DNA from: a virus
UHGV virus genome: UHGV-0272092
DNA: 37,793 bases
Reading direction: 5' to 3' (one strand)
This document shows positions 19,171 to 28,141 of this stretch, piece by piece. Position 1 is the first letter of the stretch, and the number at the start of each line of letters is the position of its first letter. The notes under the pieces are model-generated. The model ran no database searches and had not been told where the DNA came from. It saw nothing but the letters and a program-made list of their open reading frames with translations. The translations under genes were made by a program, and so were the position numbers.

Positions 19171-19778
19171 CAGGACAACCTCGCAATGGTAAACTCGTCA
19201 ACCGGTGGCTGTGGTTCCTGTGATTCATTCTGGCTATGCGAGCCAGCACTAAGAATCACGCGATTGTACATATTGAGAGCAAATGTACCGAGATCCGCAT
19301 TCCCAGTCAGCGCCATGTTAATGGCTGCCGCAAGACGCCAGGCCAGCGCCTCCATAAAAATGGCATCAAACATGTTTACATCTGAAACGCGAGAGACATA
19401 CTTGAGCCATGCCTGAGGCTGGTCTGTGTAGATCAACTTTCCTGTTCCGTTGGTGTCTGCACCAACTTCGTACTGAACGCGCATTGCTGCTGTTGGATTG
19501 CGTACACCAGGAAGCATAATTTCAGTAATGCGCAGACAATCTGACGGGTACTGGTACGCATATTCCCAGTCAGGCGGTGGATTGCTCGTATCTGCAAGCG
19601 CCACGCGTTTGGTAGCAAAGTTCCAGTCAAAATCAGAAAGCACAGCATCACGGCAGGCCTCAAAGTGCAGCGAACATTCCCCCGCTTCCTTGCTGGCTTC
19701 CGTCAGGCTGTTAATGCTGCGGCTGTTGCCAATATTGGACAGCGCACGATTACAGATCTCTACTACAGAGGCCATCAC
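19170..19778 (-). CDS. tail tubular protein A-like (adaptor), 202 aa
   Basis: Size and position immediately upstream of the tubular B-like gene (T7 gp11 analogue). Confidence 0.45.
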   Translation of the reverse strand: MMASVVEICNRALSNIGNSRSINSLTEASKEAGECSLHFEACRDAVLSDFDWNFATKRVALADTSNPPPDWEYAYQYPSDCLRITEIMLPGVRNPTAAMRVQYEVGADTNGTGKLIYTDQPQAWLKYVSRVSDVNMFDAIFMEALAWRLAAAINMALTGNADLGTFALNMYNRVILSAGSHSQNESQEPQPPVDEFTIARLS

Positions 19779-20104
19779 TCACCTCCGTTACCGTACAGAG
19801 TTTCAGCCGCTGATTTTTCTACATCCCCGGAAACAGGAGCGATCGCCATATCAGTGATCTGCAGATCGGCGCTGCGATTAACACCATCGTCAGTTTCTTT
19901 GGCAGACAGGCCTCGAATAACAGCCTTTGCAGTTATCATCACTTCTGTTCCGACGCCCTGAGGTTGCGCCTTCAGCTTATTCAATGTGTCGTTATTAAGA
20001 GTGATGCACAGCCCCCACGGGTATTCATCGCGAGTTCTGGTTTCTCCGCTCTCATCCTGGTAGCTGTCAGTGCCGGTTTTGAGGTTTACGAGTTCCATAT
20101 ACAC
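19775..20104 (-). CDS. hypothetical virion protein (109 aa)
   Basis: ORF in operon context with overlapping stop/start; start may be the internal ATG (MELVNLK). Confidence 0.4.
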   Translation of the reverse strand: MYMELVNLKTGTDSYQDESGETRTRDEYPWGLCITLNNDTLNKLKAQPQGVGTEVMITAKAVIRGLSAKETDDGVNRSADLQITDMAIAPVSGDVEKSAAETLYGNGGE

Positions 20105-20148
20105 TCCTGCAATAAAGGGGCCGAAGCCCCTTGTCTGATCCGCGAGGC

Positions 20149-20493
20149 TTACACGCCCAGTTCTTTACGCTTATCTGCGATCTTCTCGCGGAGCGTTTCG
20201 GCTTTGGCGTTATGGTGTGGCTTCTCGTTAAAGAGCAATTCGTACTCTTCACGGAGCTTATCCAGTTCACCATCATCTGACACGTCGTTGATGATTTTGG
20301 TGCTGGTTGCTGCCATTGACACCTTTCCTGCAACTTTTGCTTTTGCCTGTCTGGCTGCATCGTTAACAGGTTCCAGTGCGCTACCAGGCTCACCTTCGTA
20401 TTCGATTTCTGCCCCCTCCGGCCACAGAGTGTTATGGATATGAGAGAGGCGCAGAACGCGGTATCTTGGTTTCTCACCTGACATCGATATCAC
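20149..20493 (-). CDS. hypothetical virion protein (114 aa)
   Basis: ORF in operon context between capsid and tail tube genes. Confidence 0.4.
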   Translation of the reverse strand: MISMSGEKPRYRVLRLSHIHNTLWPEGAEIEYEGEPGSALEPVNDAARQAKAKVAGKVSMAATSTKIINDVSDDGELDKLREEYELLFNEKPHHNAKAETLREKIADKRKELGV

Positions 20494-20494
20494 C

Positions 20495-20932
20495 TTAACC
20501 AGTTACTTTTGAGCGGATCGGATACGGCGTATTGGCATCAACATCAAGACTGATACCAGCAGTGAATTCGCCAGCCGTTAGTGGGCCAGTTGCGACGGAG
20601 TAGTTAACACGCAGATATCGCTGAACACCGGCAGGCACCTTTGCAGAAACAACTCGTTTACCTGCTGTCAGGGCGGTCTTTGCCAGTGCGCCACTATCAT
20701 AAATAGTGGTCCATGATCTGTTATTCTCACTCGTCTGCAACTGGATGTTTACAGTTGCATCACCGCTTGCTGCGGCGGCTGTGTTAACCAGCGCCCAAAA
20801 CTCAAGCGGGTAACCCACGCCGATATCACGACGTTTTCCGTCAATTGGACCGAGATCGATTACGTCAGTAGAAGCCGCGGTATTCGTAACCGCCTGAGCT
20901 TCGGAGAACATCAACAGTTTGTCGGTGATCAT
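20495..20932 (-). CDS. putative capsid decoration / head protein (145 aa)
   Basis: Immediately downstream of the major capsid gene; Gly/Thr/Ala-rich. Confidence 0.4.
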   Translation of the reverse strand: MITDKLLMFSEAQAVTNTAASTDVIDLGPIDGKRRDIGVGYPLEFWALVNTAAAASGDATVNIQLQTSENNRSWTTIYDSGALAKTALTAGKRVVSAKVPAGVQRYLRVNYSVATGPLTAGEFTAGISLDVDANTPYPIRSKVTG

Positions 20933-20983
20933 CTTCTTTCTCCATTAGTGGGTCTGTTACGACCCACAGGTTAATAACAGGCG

Positions 20984-21976
20984 TTACACCACGCGGGCTT
21001 CTGTTTCCAGAAGCGCATCAGTTTCACGGATTGGTACACCACGGAATGAAGTCCACCACTCGCCTTCTGTCTCTTTTACGCTGATAGCCAGAGATGTTTT
21101 CTCCAGAGACTGCAGATCAAGAGCCTGGCCTACAGTGCGGTTCATGTAGAACACCGGGCGGCCCATGCCACGGTTTGGAATGCGATGTAGTGCTTTAACC
21201 ATCAACTTCGCAATATTTGCGGCAGAGGATGGTTCTGAAAGATTGCTGACATCGATGTTTGCAATGCGAACAACATAACGCCAGTCACGCAGAGCAAGTC
21301 CGTTATCCCATTTGTAATGGGTGCGATAGCCTTCGTACTTGCCGCCATTAGCATCTTCCAGTGTCACCTGGCCTTTATCTTCCATCTGGATGCCAGCCTT
21401 CTGCCCTTTCGGGAAGATGCCATGCACGGTGTTTTCGCCCCACACCACTAACCAGATTGAGGTGTTATCTGTACCCGTGCCACCAGCATCAATGATGTTC
21501 TGAGCATTACCCGCAGACAGGCTGGAATAGCGGGAGGACAGTCCCATAAACTGCTGAGGGTTAACGCTGGAATCACCATAAAACAGCGTCTGCGCCATCT
21601 GCTGATTCATCGCTTCAATAAATGCGCGGTCTTCAGACAGGCGGAATTCGGCGGTATTGCCGTTCAGATCAGCCAGTGACTTATCGACTTCCGCATAGGT
21701 TTCCAGCATGCCAACGGAATCGGTTACCTGCACTGTGGTTGATTTGCTTGGCTGTACGCCATAGTTCAGCAAACGCCAGGTAGCTGAAGGTAAACCAGAA
21801 CGAATGGTGGTTCGGTGTCCGGTAGGAAGGTTCCCTTCGACAAAAGGCATATCCTGAAGGATCGGGTTAGTTTGACCGAGAAGCTCGATAATCTTATCGA
21901 CTTTCCCGTTTGGATCGACGCGCTTACCCCAGTCAGCCAGCGTTAGCGCAGTTAAGCCTTTAACAGCCATTGTCAT
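20984..21976 (-). CDS. major capsid protein (330 aa)
   Basis: Position after portal and scaffold; size typical of HK97-fold capsid proteins. Confidence 0.7.
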   Translation of the reverse strand: MTMAVKGLTALTLADWGKRVDPNGKVDKIIELLGQTNPILQDMPFVEGNLPTGHRTTIRSGLPSATWRLLNYGVQPSKSTTVQVTDSVGMLETYAEVDKSLADLNGNTAEFRLSEDRAFIEAMNQQMAQTLFYGDSSVNPQQFMGLSSRYSSLSAGNAQNIIDAGGTGTDNTSIWLVVWGENTVHGIFPKGQKAGIQMEDKGQVTLEDANGGKYEGYRTHYKWDNGLALRDWRYVVRIANIDVSNLSEPSSAANIAKLMVKALHRIPNRGMGRPVFYMNRTVGQALDLQSLEKTSLAISVKETEGEWWTSFRGVPIRETDALLETEARVV

Positions 21977-21984
21977 TTCCTCTC

Positions 21985-22686
21985 TTATTTGCCATAGAGC
22001 ACTTCGGCCGCACTACGCTGGCCTTCATTACCACCGGTGACCATGCCATCTTCAGACATCGCCTTTCCGATTTTCACGAACGTTTTGACCAGATCAGGGT
22101 GATTACCCAGCCCGGTGGTGTTCAGATATTCTTTGAGTTCAGGTGTCCCGAACTGGTCAAGCGCACGCTGTGCGGCGCTAAGGTTAGAAATCAACTTGTC
22201 GCCACCGATTTCTTTGTCGGCTTTTACATCCGCAGCCCACTGCTCGGTTGTTTTCTGCCAGGCTTCTGCCTGGCGCTGCTGAACACCTGCCAGAATCTTC
22301 GGATAAGCATCAACCAGCTTTTGCGCTTGCTCGTTGGTCAGGTTTAGTTCTCGCGCCACCGGCTCGAATTCCTTCAACGCTTCTGTATCCAGCTCTACGC
22401 CTTCGGCAGCCTGAAACTCGTACTTTTCAGGCGCACCCTCTGGTTTATCGCCGTCCTTTTTTTCATCCTGCTTATCGTTTTCAGGCTTTTTGTCATCAGC
22501 AGGTTTATCGCCATCAGCAACAGGTTGTGGCTTATCACCTTCCTGTTGTGATGGATCACCAACTGGAGCAGGGTTATCACCTGCAGGCGCTGACGGTTCT
22601 GACGCAGCCGGAGCTGCTCCACCATCGACTGGTTGCTCATTGCAAAGACGGCGATACAGCAAACGCTCAAATAAATTCATGATCAC
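21985..22686 (-). CDS. putative scaffolding protein (acidic, Pro/Asp/Lys-rich N-terminal half)
   Basis: Low-complexity acidic region plus helical C-terminal half; sits between portal and major capsid. Confidence 0.5.
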   Translation of the reverse strand: MIMNLFERLLYRRLCNEQPVDGGAAPAASEPSAPAGDNPAPVGDPSQQEGDKPQPVADGDKPADDKKPENDKQDEKKDGDKPEGAPEKYEFQAAEGVELDTEALKEFEPVARELNLTNEQAQKLVDAYPKILAGVQQRQAEAWQKTTEQWAADVKADKEIGGDKLISNLSAAQRALDQFGTPELKEYLNTTGLGNHPDLVKTFVKIGKAMSEDGMVTGGNEGQRSAAEVLYGK

Positions 22687-22979
22687 TCCTGTTCACTGGC
22701 CTCTTTGGCCATCTTCAAATACTGTTCAGGGCAATGCGCCATAACGCGCTGAAACAGTTCCAGCGCCAGATTGCGTTGCCCCTCATTAAATGCCATTGCC
22801 ATAGCATCCATCGGAGAGATAGCGGAAAACACCCGGCCTTTCTCCAGCACCGACCAGACAACGCGACGCCCCTGTTCACTGCTCATGACAAAGCGAATGT
22901 CATCAATTTCACGCTGTGCCATGTCACGTTGCTTACGGGCGTTTTCTTCTTTCAGTTGATCGTCTTCGAAATCTGTCAT
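22683..22979 (-). CDS. hypothetical head-morphogenesis protein (98 aa)
   Basis: Overlapping start/stop with portal and scaffold genes. Confidence 0.4.
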   Translation of the reverse strand: MTDFEDDQLKEENARKQRDMAQREIDDIRFVMSSEQGRRVVWSVLEKGRVFSAISPMDAMAMAFNEGQRNLALELFQRVMAHCPEQYLKMAKEASEQE

Positions 22980-24655
22980 TGTGATTGCCCACCCTGACCA
23001 CTAACTGCATTCGCCATAGCTGACAAAACACTCGGATCCGAAGTTTTAGCTTCGCTTAGCGTCTTGGCACCCTGTGCCGCCGCCATCCCCATCGCCATCA
23101 TTTGTTGCTGCTGTTGTTGCTGTGCCCGTTGCTGGCGAGCCTGCTCAACCTGTTCCTGCGGAACAATGACGGTTGGAGACACTCCGGACATATCAGCGAA
23201 TGCATCGATCGCCTGATCAACGTTGAGTTTGTCGAGAGCTTCTGGTTTCGCTTGCGCAAGTTGACCAATGAAGTTAACCGTGGACGCCAGACTGGACAGG
23301 CCGATAGACTTCTGCGCCTGAGCCATGACGGAAATGTATTCGACCTTCAGGGGCATGCCTTCCATCGCGTCAGGCGGTGTCGGCAGCATGTTTTTACGCA
23401 CCATCATCGAGAAAGCGCGGTCAATGAGAGGATTAAGACATTCGTCGTTCAGACGCTCCAGAACCGGCCCCAACATCAGAAGTTTTTCTTCTTTCATTTC
23501 GATCACCGCTTCAACAGGCATCGAGCGGGTATTGATGTTCTGCAACATCATGAACAGATCGACAAAGTAGGCGCTGTTAATGATTTGACGGGTGTCCTGA
23601 ATGTCTGCCACCAAATCTGCTGTACTGGGGTTAACCAGATAAGCAGGCCTGAAACCATCCTGACCAGTAATCTGATCGATATACGTGATGTCGCCAGGAA
23701 GAAGGGAGGCACGCTGATTCTTGAGGGAAGTCGGAGCAACCATCGGCGGATTGGTGGCTTTATCAATCAACTGCGACTTGCGCTTCTGGAGAAGCTGCAA
23801 TGCCTTAACAGGTCCAAGCGCCAGCATACCCGGGCATGATGATCCATAAACATCTTCGCCGTTAACTTCCCAGCGCGGAGCCATAATTGGAAACTCATCG
23901 AATCCGGACTCACGCAACAACTTGTCGTTATCGCCACCAACCTCGTAATAAACCGATTTGAATGGCTTGTTCTTGCTATCCAGCTTCGATGTATCGCGGT
24001 CAATGTTCGGGTAAACCGAATGCATCACTTCAATCCACTTCTCGTAGGTGCCGCTTTCCCACATGCTTTTTACGGATTCGCTGACGTTATTTAGCCCGAA
24101 CTCCTGAACAAGCTGACGAACAGTCATAGAGAACTTGCGAAAACAGGTGTCCACACTGCCACGAGGTGAGTTAGCCAGGTAGTAACTGCCTATCGGGAAT
24201 GGCATTGTGCGAATGATGTCCTCGTCATCCTCCAGCACCGCCATTGCACCAGTGCTGTATGTGCCGAGGCTTCCGTATAACTGCGGAAGAGACTGGTAGA
24301 GATTCGACTTATTGAACATATCGTTCATGCGGTTCTGAACTGCCTCAAGCCACAACTTAACAGGGCCATAGTCCATCATTTCAGGATCTGGCGTAGCCAG
24401 GCGAAACCACGGACGGGCGGGGCTTGTTATGCCTGACATCATGCCGCTGGCAAGAGTGCGCGCCGCCATAGTCCCGGTCGAATCAATAATGCGTGTATTG
24501 CGTCGATCGTTACGGTTAACCTCAGAAGTCAGAAAGCGGGAACCACGCGGGTTGATGTAATCACTCAACTCGCGCCAGTGCGGCTCGAACGACTGACGCT
24601 CGCTTTCAAGTTGTGCGAACTGTTTGTTCAATCGCTCTTTAGTTGTTTCCGCCAT
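22976..24655 (-). CDS. portal protein (559 aa)
   Basis: Size, position after terminase, RBS GGAG 9 nt upstream of ATG 24655. Confidence 0.75.
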   Translation of the reverse strand: MAETTKERLNKQFAQLESERQSFEPHWRELSDYINPRGSRFLTSEVNRNDRRNTRIIDSTGTMAARTLASGMMSGITSPARPWFRLATPDPEMMDYGPVKLWLEAVQNRMNDMFNKSNLYQSLPQLYGSLGTYSTGAMAVLEDDEDIIRTMPFPIGSYYLANSPRGSVDTCFRKFSMTVRQLVQEFGLNNVSESVKSMWESGTYEKWIEVMHSVYPNIDRDTSKLDSKNKPFKSVYYEVGGDNDKLLRESGFDEFPIMAPRWEVNGEDVYGSSCPGMLALGPVKALQLLQKRKSQLIDKATNPPMVAPTSLKNQRASLLPGDITYIDQITGQDGFRPAYLVNPSTADLVADIQDTRQIINSAYFVDLFMMLQNINTRSMPVEAVIEMKEEKLLMLGPVLERLNDECLNPLIDRAFSMMVRKNMLPTPPDAMEGMPLKVEYISVMAQAQKSIGLSSLASTVNFIGQLAQAKPEALDKLNVDQAIDAFADMSGVSPTVIVPQEQVEQARQQRAQQQQQQQMMAMGMAAAQGAKTLSEAKTSDPSVLSAMANAVSGQGGQSQ

Positions 24656-24669
24656 TTCAATGACTCCGG

Positions 24670-24876
24670 TTACTGACCAAGCAGCGTTTTACCGCTGGTA
24701 TTAGCGGTTGATGTGTCGCCCTGAGAACCGGTAAGCAGCGTAGAACTACGACCAGCAGCAGCGCGACGGCGACGAGTTTCTTCGTCGCGGGCATCAACAA
24801 CGGCGGCATCCTGCTCCTGTGGTGCTGCCTGAACTTCTGGTGTTGCAGGCACTGATGGTGAGCTACCCATGCACAT
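24670..24876 (-). CDS. small protein upstream of portal (68 aa)
   Basis: Start context GGAGTCATTGATATG is near-identical to the portal start context GGAGTCATTGAAATG. Confidence 0.45.
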   Translation of the reverse strand: MCMGSSPSVPATPEVQAAPQEQDAAVVDARDEETRRRRAAAGRSSTLLTGSQGDTSTANTSGKTLLGQ

Positions 24877-24914
24877 ATCAATGACTCCGTACGCAATTAA
24901 ATTATTACCAATTT

Positions 24915-24925
24915 AACCACATATG
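24915..24925 (-). promoter_or_regulatory. conserved element AACCACATATG upstream of the head operon
   Basis: Identical to 8309-8319; preceded by ATTACC-N5. Confidence 0.45.
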
Positions 24926-24966
24926 ATTTATTTATCGTAGGTAGTTGACATTTAACGCACAAATTA

Positions 24967-24981
24967 TTACCTTTCAGGTAA
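24967..24981. promoter_or_regulatory. operator-like palindrome TTACCTTTCAGGTAA
   Basis: Identical to the copy at 8349-8363. Confidence 0.55.
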
Positions 24982-25303
24982 CCAAAGAGTTCATTCCGGT
25001 TACTAACCTGACTGGCTTGTCGTTAAATTGAACAGGTGGAGTGAGCTTTTATTTTGAGCAGTACGGCGTATGGCACATGCGCCGATAGCGGTCTGGATAC
25101 GTTTAAGGGGCACCCTCCCTTGCTCGGGCAAACGAACCAGGTAGCCGGAATGTGCAAGTCGAGCGGTTTTATTCCGCGCACGGGGATTCACCATCCCGGC
25201 GATTCGGTGTGACGCCTCGGAAGAGACGAGGGTACAACGATGAGAGCATTTATGGAGCCGCGACAAAGTGTGGCGCCTTAACAGGCTAAGTGCTCTCAGC
25301 GTT

Positions 25304-25380
25304 GTGGCATTAGCTCAGTTGGACAGAGCAACCGCCTTCTAAGCGGTTGGTCGCAGGTTCGAATCCTGCATGCCACGCCA
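25304..25380 (+). tRNA. tRNA-Arg (anticodon UCU), 77 nt including CCA
   Basis: Hand-folded cloverleaf: acceptor GTGGCAT/ATGCCAC, D-stem GCTC/GAGC, anticodon stem ACCGC/GCGGT with loop CTTCTAA, T-stem GCAGG/CCTGC with loop TTCGAAT, discriminator G, CCA. Confidence 0.85.
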
Positions 25381-25423
25381 GAATCACGCCTAAGGACCGT
25401 GATGCCAGAAGTTCCAGGTGCTT

Positions 25424-25466
25424 GGCGGTGATGGTTTCCCTTGAAGGACTATCACCGCCCTTTTTA
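25424..25466 (+). terminator. rho-independent terminator downstream of the tRNA
   Basis: Stem GGCGGTGATGG / CTATCACCGCC followed by CTTTTT. Confidence 0.65.
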
Positions 25467-25543
25467 CAGCAGGACGCCATTGCGATGACTTCATGCTGTA
25501 AACCAGTACAGCCACGGAAGGCATAACTCATTGCTTCCAGTTC

Positions 25544-25568
25544 GCCCGGTTCGTCCGGGCATTTTTTT
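25544..25568 (+). terminator. second terminator/attenuator-like hairpin immediately upstream of the RBS of the 25581 gene
   Basis: GCCCGG-TTCGT-CCGGGC followed by A and seven T, then AAGGTG RBS. Confidence 0.5.
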
Positions 25569-25580
25569 AAGGTGAAAATC

Positions 25581-25913
25581 ATGAAAGAGAAGACTGCAGC
25601 TGAGCGCTATGCCGCAGCTATCAATGCCGCGATGGCGATTGTAAACCTGCGTGAAGAGATTAAAGATCTCCTTGCAATTATCCATAACAACCTGACATGT
25701 ACAGAGTTGCTTGGCGGTCAGTACAACGGTGAGGCGGTGAAGGAGGCATTTAAAAATGCCGAGGTAGGAATAATTCCAGCAAACTATGTCAAGGCTGAAT
25801 GTGTGCTCCTAAAGGCACGAGTGAGTCTGCATGAAGATCCTGGTAATCTCGGTCGAACTGCAATGCGTTACGTGATAGACGAGTCGAATGCCAAACACAA
25901 TCTACCGAAATAA
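25581..25913 (+). CDS. hypothetical protein (110 aa), plus-strand gene between terminase and portal
   Basis: ATG 25581 with RBS AAGGTGA; track ORF opens at GTG 25572. No family recognised. Confidence 0.55.
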   Translation: MKEKTAAERYAAAINAAMAIVNLREEIKDLLAIIHNNLTCTELLGGQYNGEAVKEAFKNAEVGIIPANYVKAECVLLKARVSLHEDPGNLGRTAMRYVIDESNAKHNLPK

Positions 25914-25916
25914 CAC

Positions 25917-25928
25917 CGTGACATGTCA
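25917..25928. promoter_or_regulatory. 12-bp palindrome GTGACATGTCAC (copy 2 of 3)
   Basis: Exact repeat of 8722-8733 and 28183-28194. Confidence 0.5.
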
Positions 25929-26003
25929 CAAACAGACAGCCTATGAGCTGGCTTTGTTTTATCCTCACCAGAGGATATCAACGACATTATCCCCACCAGC
26001 GGA

Positions 26004-27479
26004 TTAAGCATAGGGATCGTAATCTGTGATGGCCTTGCCTTGCTGGTTCTGCTGACCGGGAATTCGCAGACGCTTCGACACAGGGAACGCAAACGTCAGC
26101 AGTAGCGCATCGCCTTTACCAGGAGAACGCCCAAGTCGCTCTTTGATATCTTCCTTCGGTTCGATAACGATTTTACCGTCCACTCGAACTTTGTACTCTG
26201 CTGCCGACAGGTCGTCCGCTGTTTCCTGGTCATCCAGCATGCCGCCCAGCCTCAGCCATGTCTTGCATGAATTGAACATCTCCCCACGCTTGTTGAGCAT
26301 CTGCGGGTCAGTAGACGCGCCACCGAACGGAACAAGTTGCCATGTACGACCCCATCCGTCACCGATTGACTTCAGACCGGTTCCGTAACCGAAGTCGATG
26401 AACACCGCGTCAGCCTGATACTGGTCTTCAAAGTCAGCGATACGCTTCGCCATAATCAGATCGTCGGTAGTCTTGTTGCCAGTCCACAGCACCTTACTGT
26501 GTAGCCCCTGCCGCAGGTATATCACCGCGTCATCAACGCCTGAATATGCCGGGTCAACACCGATTATCACCGGAGCATGCGCCACCTGCGCAGCGGTTAC
26601 CACCCGTTTCATTGCCTCATCAGTAAGACCGGTAGGGATAAACTGCAATTCAGATGCATCAGGGAATATGCCGCGCACACGGATTTTAACGAAGTCGCTG
26701 TCTTCCCCGTAGTCATCAACCCATTTCTGCAACTGCTGTTTGTTAGTGCCTTCCACCGTTCGGCTGTCAATCTGCGCAGTTTTCCAGCGGTGTTTATATT
26801 TGCGGAAACATTCGCGGAAACGTCCGGTATTACGCGTCGGGTTTCCGAACGCCACCCAGATAATCTCAGTGTCTTCGTCCGTTAGTGCACCCTCGGCAAC
26901 TTCCCACACCAGATCCGCAATGTTCGACGCTTCATCGAATACCACGATGATGCGTTTGCGCTCGTTGTGTAGTCCGGCGAATGCCTCAGTGTTGTGCTCA
27001 GACCAGGGGATTGCGTCAGCTCGCCACCGCTTGTCGTGTCCAGGATCATTGCTGTACATCGCGGTAGCGGTACAGGTAAACCAGTCTTTCGTGATAGCAA
27101 GGTTCGACCACTTGATAATTTCCGGCCAGGTCTTCGTTCGTAGCTGGTTGTCGGTGTTGGCGGTCACCACGACCTTACAATCCTCGCAAGTGGACATGCC
27201 CCAGTTGATCAGCATTGAGATGAATGCGGATTTACCAATACCGTGACCCGAAGCACGTGCCAGCATAAGCGGCTGATAGCGCGTCTCTGGATTCTGCAGG
27301 TGATCACGTATCTCTCGGAACGCATCAGCCTGCCACTGACGTGGGCCGGTAGCATGTGCCAGTTCAGTCCCCTCTTCCCCCCACGGGAACGCATAGAGGG
27401 CATAGCCAAGCGGATCGTGAGTGAACCCTGCAATATCCTCGATCAACTGCTCTTCAGGAGATAACGCTGTATCTGTCAC
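26004..27479 (-). CDS. terminase large subunit (491 aa)
   Basis: Size, position downstream of the small subunit with 4-nt overlap; N-terminal ATPase-like and C-terminal nuclease-like composition. Confidence 0.8.
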   Translation of the reverse strand: MTDTALSPEEQLIEDIAGFTHDPLGYALYAFPWGEEGTELAHATGPRQWQADAFREIRDHLQNPETRYQPLMLARASGHGIGKSAFISMLINWGMSTCEDCKVVVTANTDNQLRTKTWPEIIKWSNLAITKDWFTCTATAMYSNDPGHDKRWRADAIPWSEHNTEAFAGLHNERKRIIVVFDEASNIADLVWEVAEGALTDEDTEIIWVAFGNPTRNTGRFRECFRKYKHRWKTAQIDSRTVEGTNKQQLQKWVDDYGEDSDFVKIRVRGIFPDASELQFIPTGLTDEAMKRVVTAAQVAHAPVIIGVDPAYSGVDDAVIYLRQGLHSKVLWTGNKTTDDLIMAKRIADFEDQYQADAVFIDFGYGTGLKSIGDGWGRTWQLVPFGGASTDPQMLNKRGEMFNSCKTWLRLGGMLDDQETADDLSAAEYKVRVDGKIVIEPKEDIKERLGRSPGKGDALLLTFAFPVSKRLRIPGQQNQQGKAITDYDPYA

Positions 27480-28072
27480 TGATTACCATCCTGACGTTCT
27501 TTGAGTCGCTTCCTGGCTGCTGCTATGCGATCAGCAATTGTCACATTCACATTAACATCCAGACGTTCTTTGAACGCGTTGACATCAACATGCTTACCAA
27601 TCAGCTCAAGGTTCTTCACCTTGTCAGGCCATTTAATTTTTTTGAGGATTGTCTCTATCGAATCCTCGTTCATGTTCATGATGGTCGATGACAGATCAAA
27701 GCCACTAAGCGTAGTGCGCCAGATTTTCGGCCACTCACGGATTGGTTTAAGGCTCCCATCGTCGTTGAGGATGTCGATCACGTCCATCTGGTCGATCTCC
27801 ACCAGGCGCATGAGAACGTAATCAGCACTGACGCGCATTCGTTTGTTGCGCTCCTCCATCAACTCGGCAATCCGTTTTTGAATGCGTTCATCGCGCATCA
27901 TGACACTGGCTTTAACTGCCGCTGTATTTGGGGAGAATCCTGCGTTAATCGCTGCCTGAGTCTGGTTTTCAGGCGTTTTGATGTATGACTGGCAATAAGC
28001 CTCCTGCATTGCTGTTAGTGGCTTAAATTGCGTTGATTTGCGTTTATAGGTTTTAGGTTCAGCAGGCATCAT
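27476..28072 (-). CDS. terminase small subunit
   Basis: Position; start moved to MMPAEPK (ATG 28072, RBS GGTGG) because the upstream extension to 28150 contains a terminator hairpin and direct repeats. Confidence 0.65.
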   Translation of the reverse strand: MMPAEPKTYKRKSTQFKPLTAMQEAYCQSYIKTPENQTQAAINAGFSPNTAAVKASVMMRDERIQKRIAELMEERNKRMRVSADYVLMRLVEIDQMDVIDILNDDGSLKPIREWPKIWRTTLSGFDLSSTIMNMNEDSIETILKKIKWPDKVKNLELIGKHVDVNAFKERLDVNVNVTIADRIAAARKRLKERQDGNQ

Positions 28073-28081
28073 AACCACCGT

Positions 28082-28111
28082 GGTAATAGTTACCGTTGTG
28101 GTAATAGTACC
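28082..28111 (-). repeat. tandem direct repeat GGTAATAGT(T)ACC x2 directly upstream of the small terminase start
   Basis: GGTAATAGTTACC (28082-28094) and GGTAATAGTACC (28100-28111). Confidence 0.5.
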
Positions 28112-28141
28112 ATGCAAAATAAAGCCGCCATAGTTGGCGGC
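28112..28141 (-). terminator. rho-independent terminator between the accessory early genes and the terminase genes
   Basis: Stem GCCGCCA / TGGCGGC; on the minus strand followed by TTTATTTTG. Confidence 0.6.

Noticed and set aside
24945-24950. TTGACA hexamer as a plus-strand promoter for the tRNA
   Set aside because: No acceptable -10 hexamer at 16-18 bp spacing; kept only as a possibility.
25003-25266. Minus-strand 87-aa Arg-rich ORF inside the tRNA leader region
   Set aside because: No RBS, biased composition typical of a chance ORF; cannot be fully excluded without expression data.
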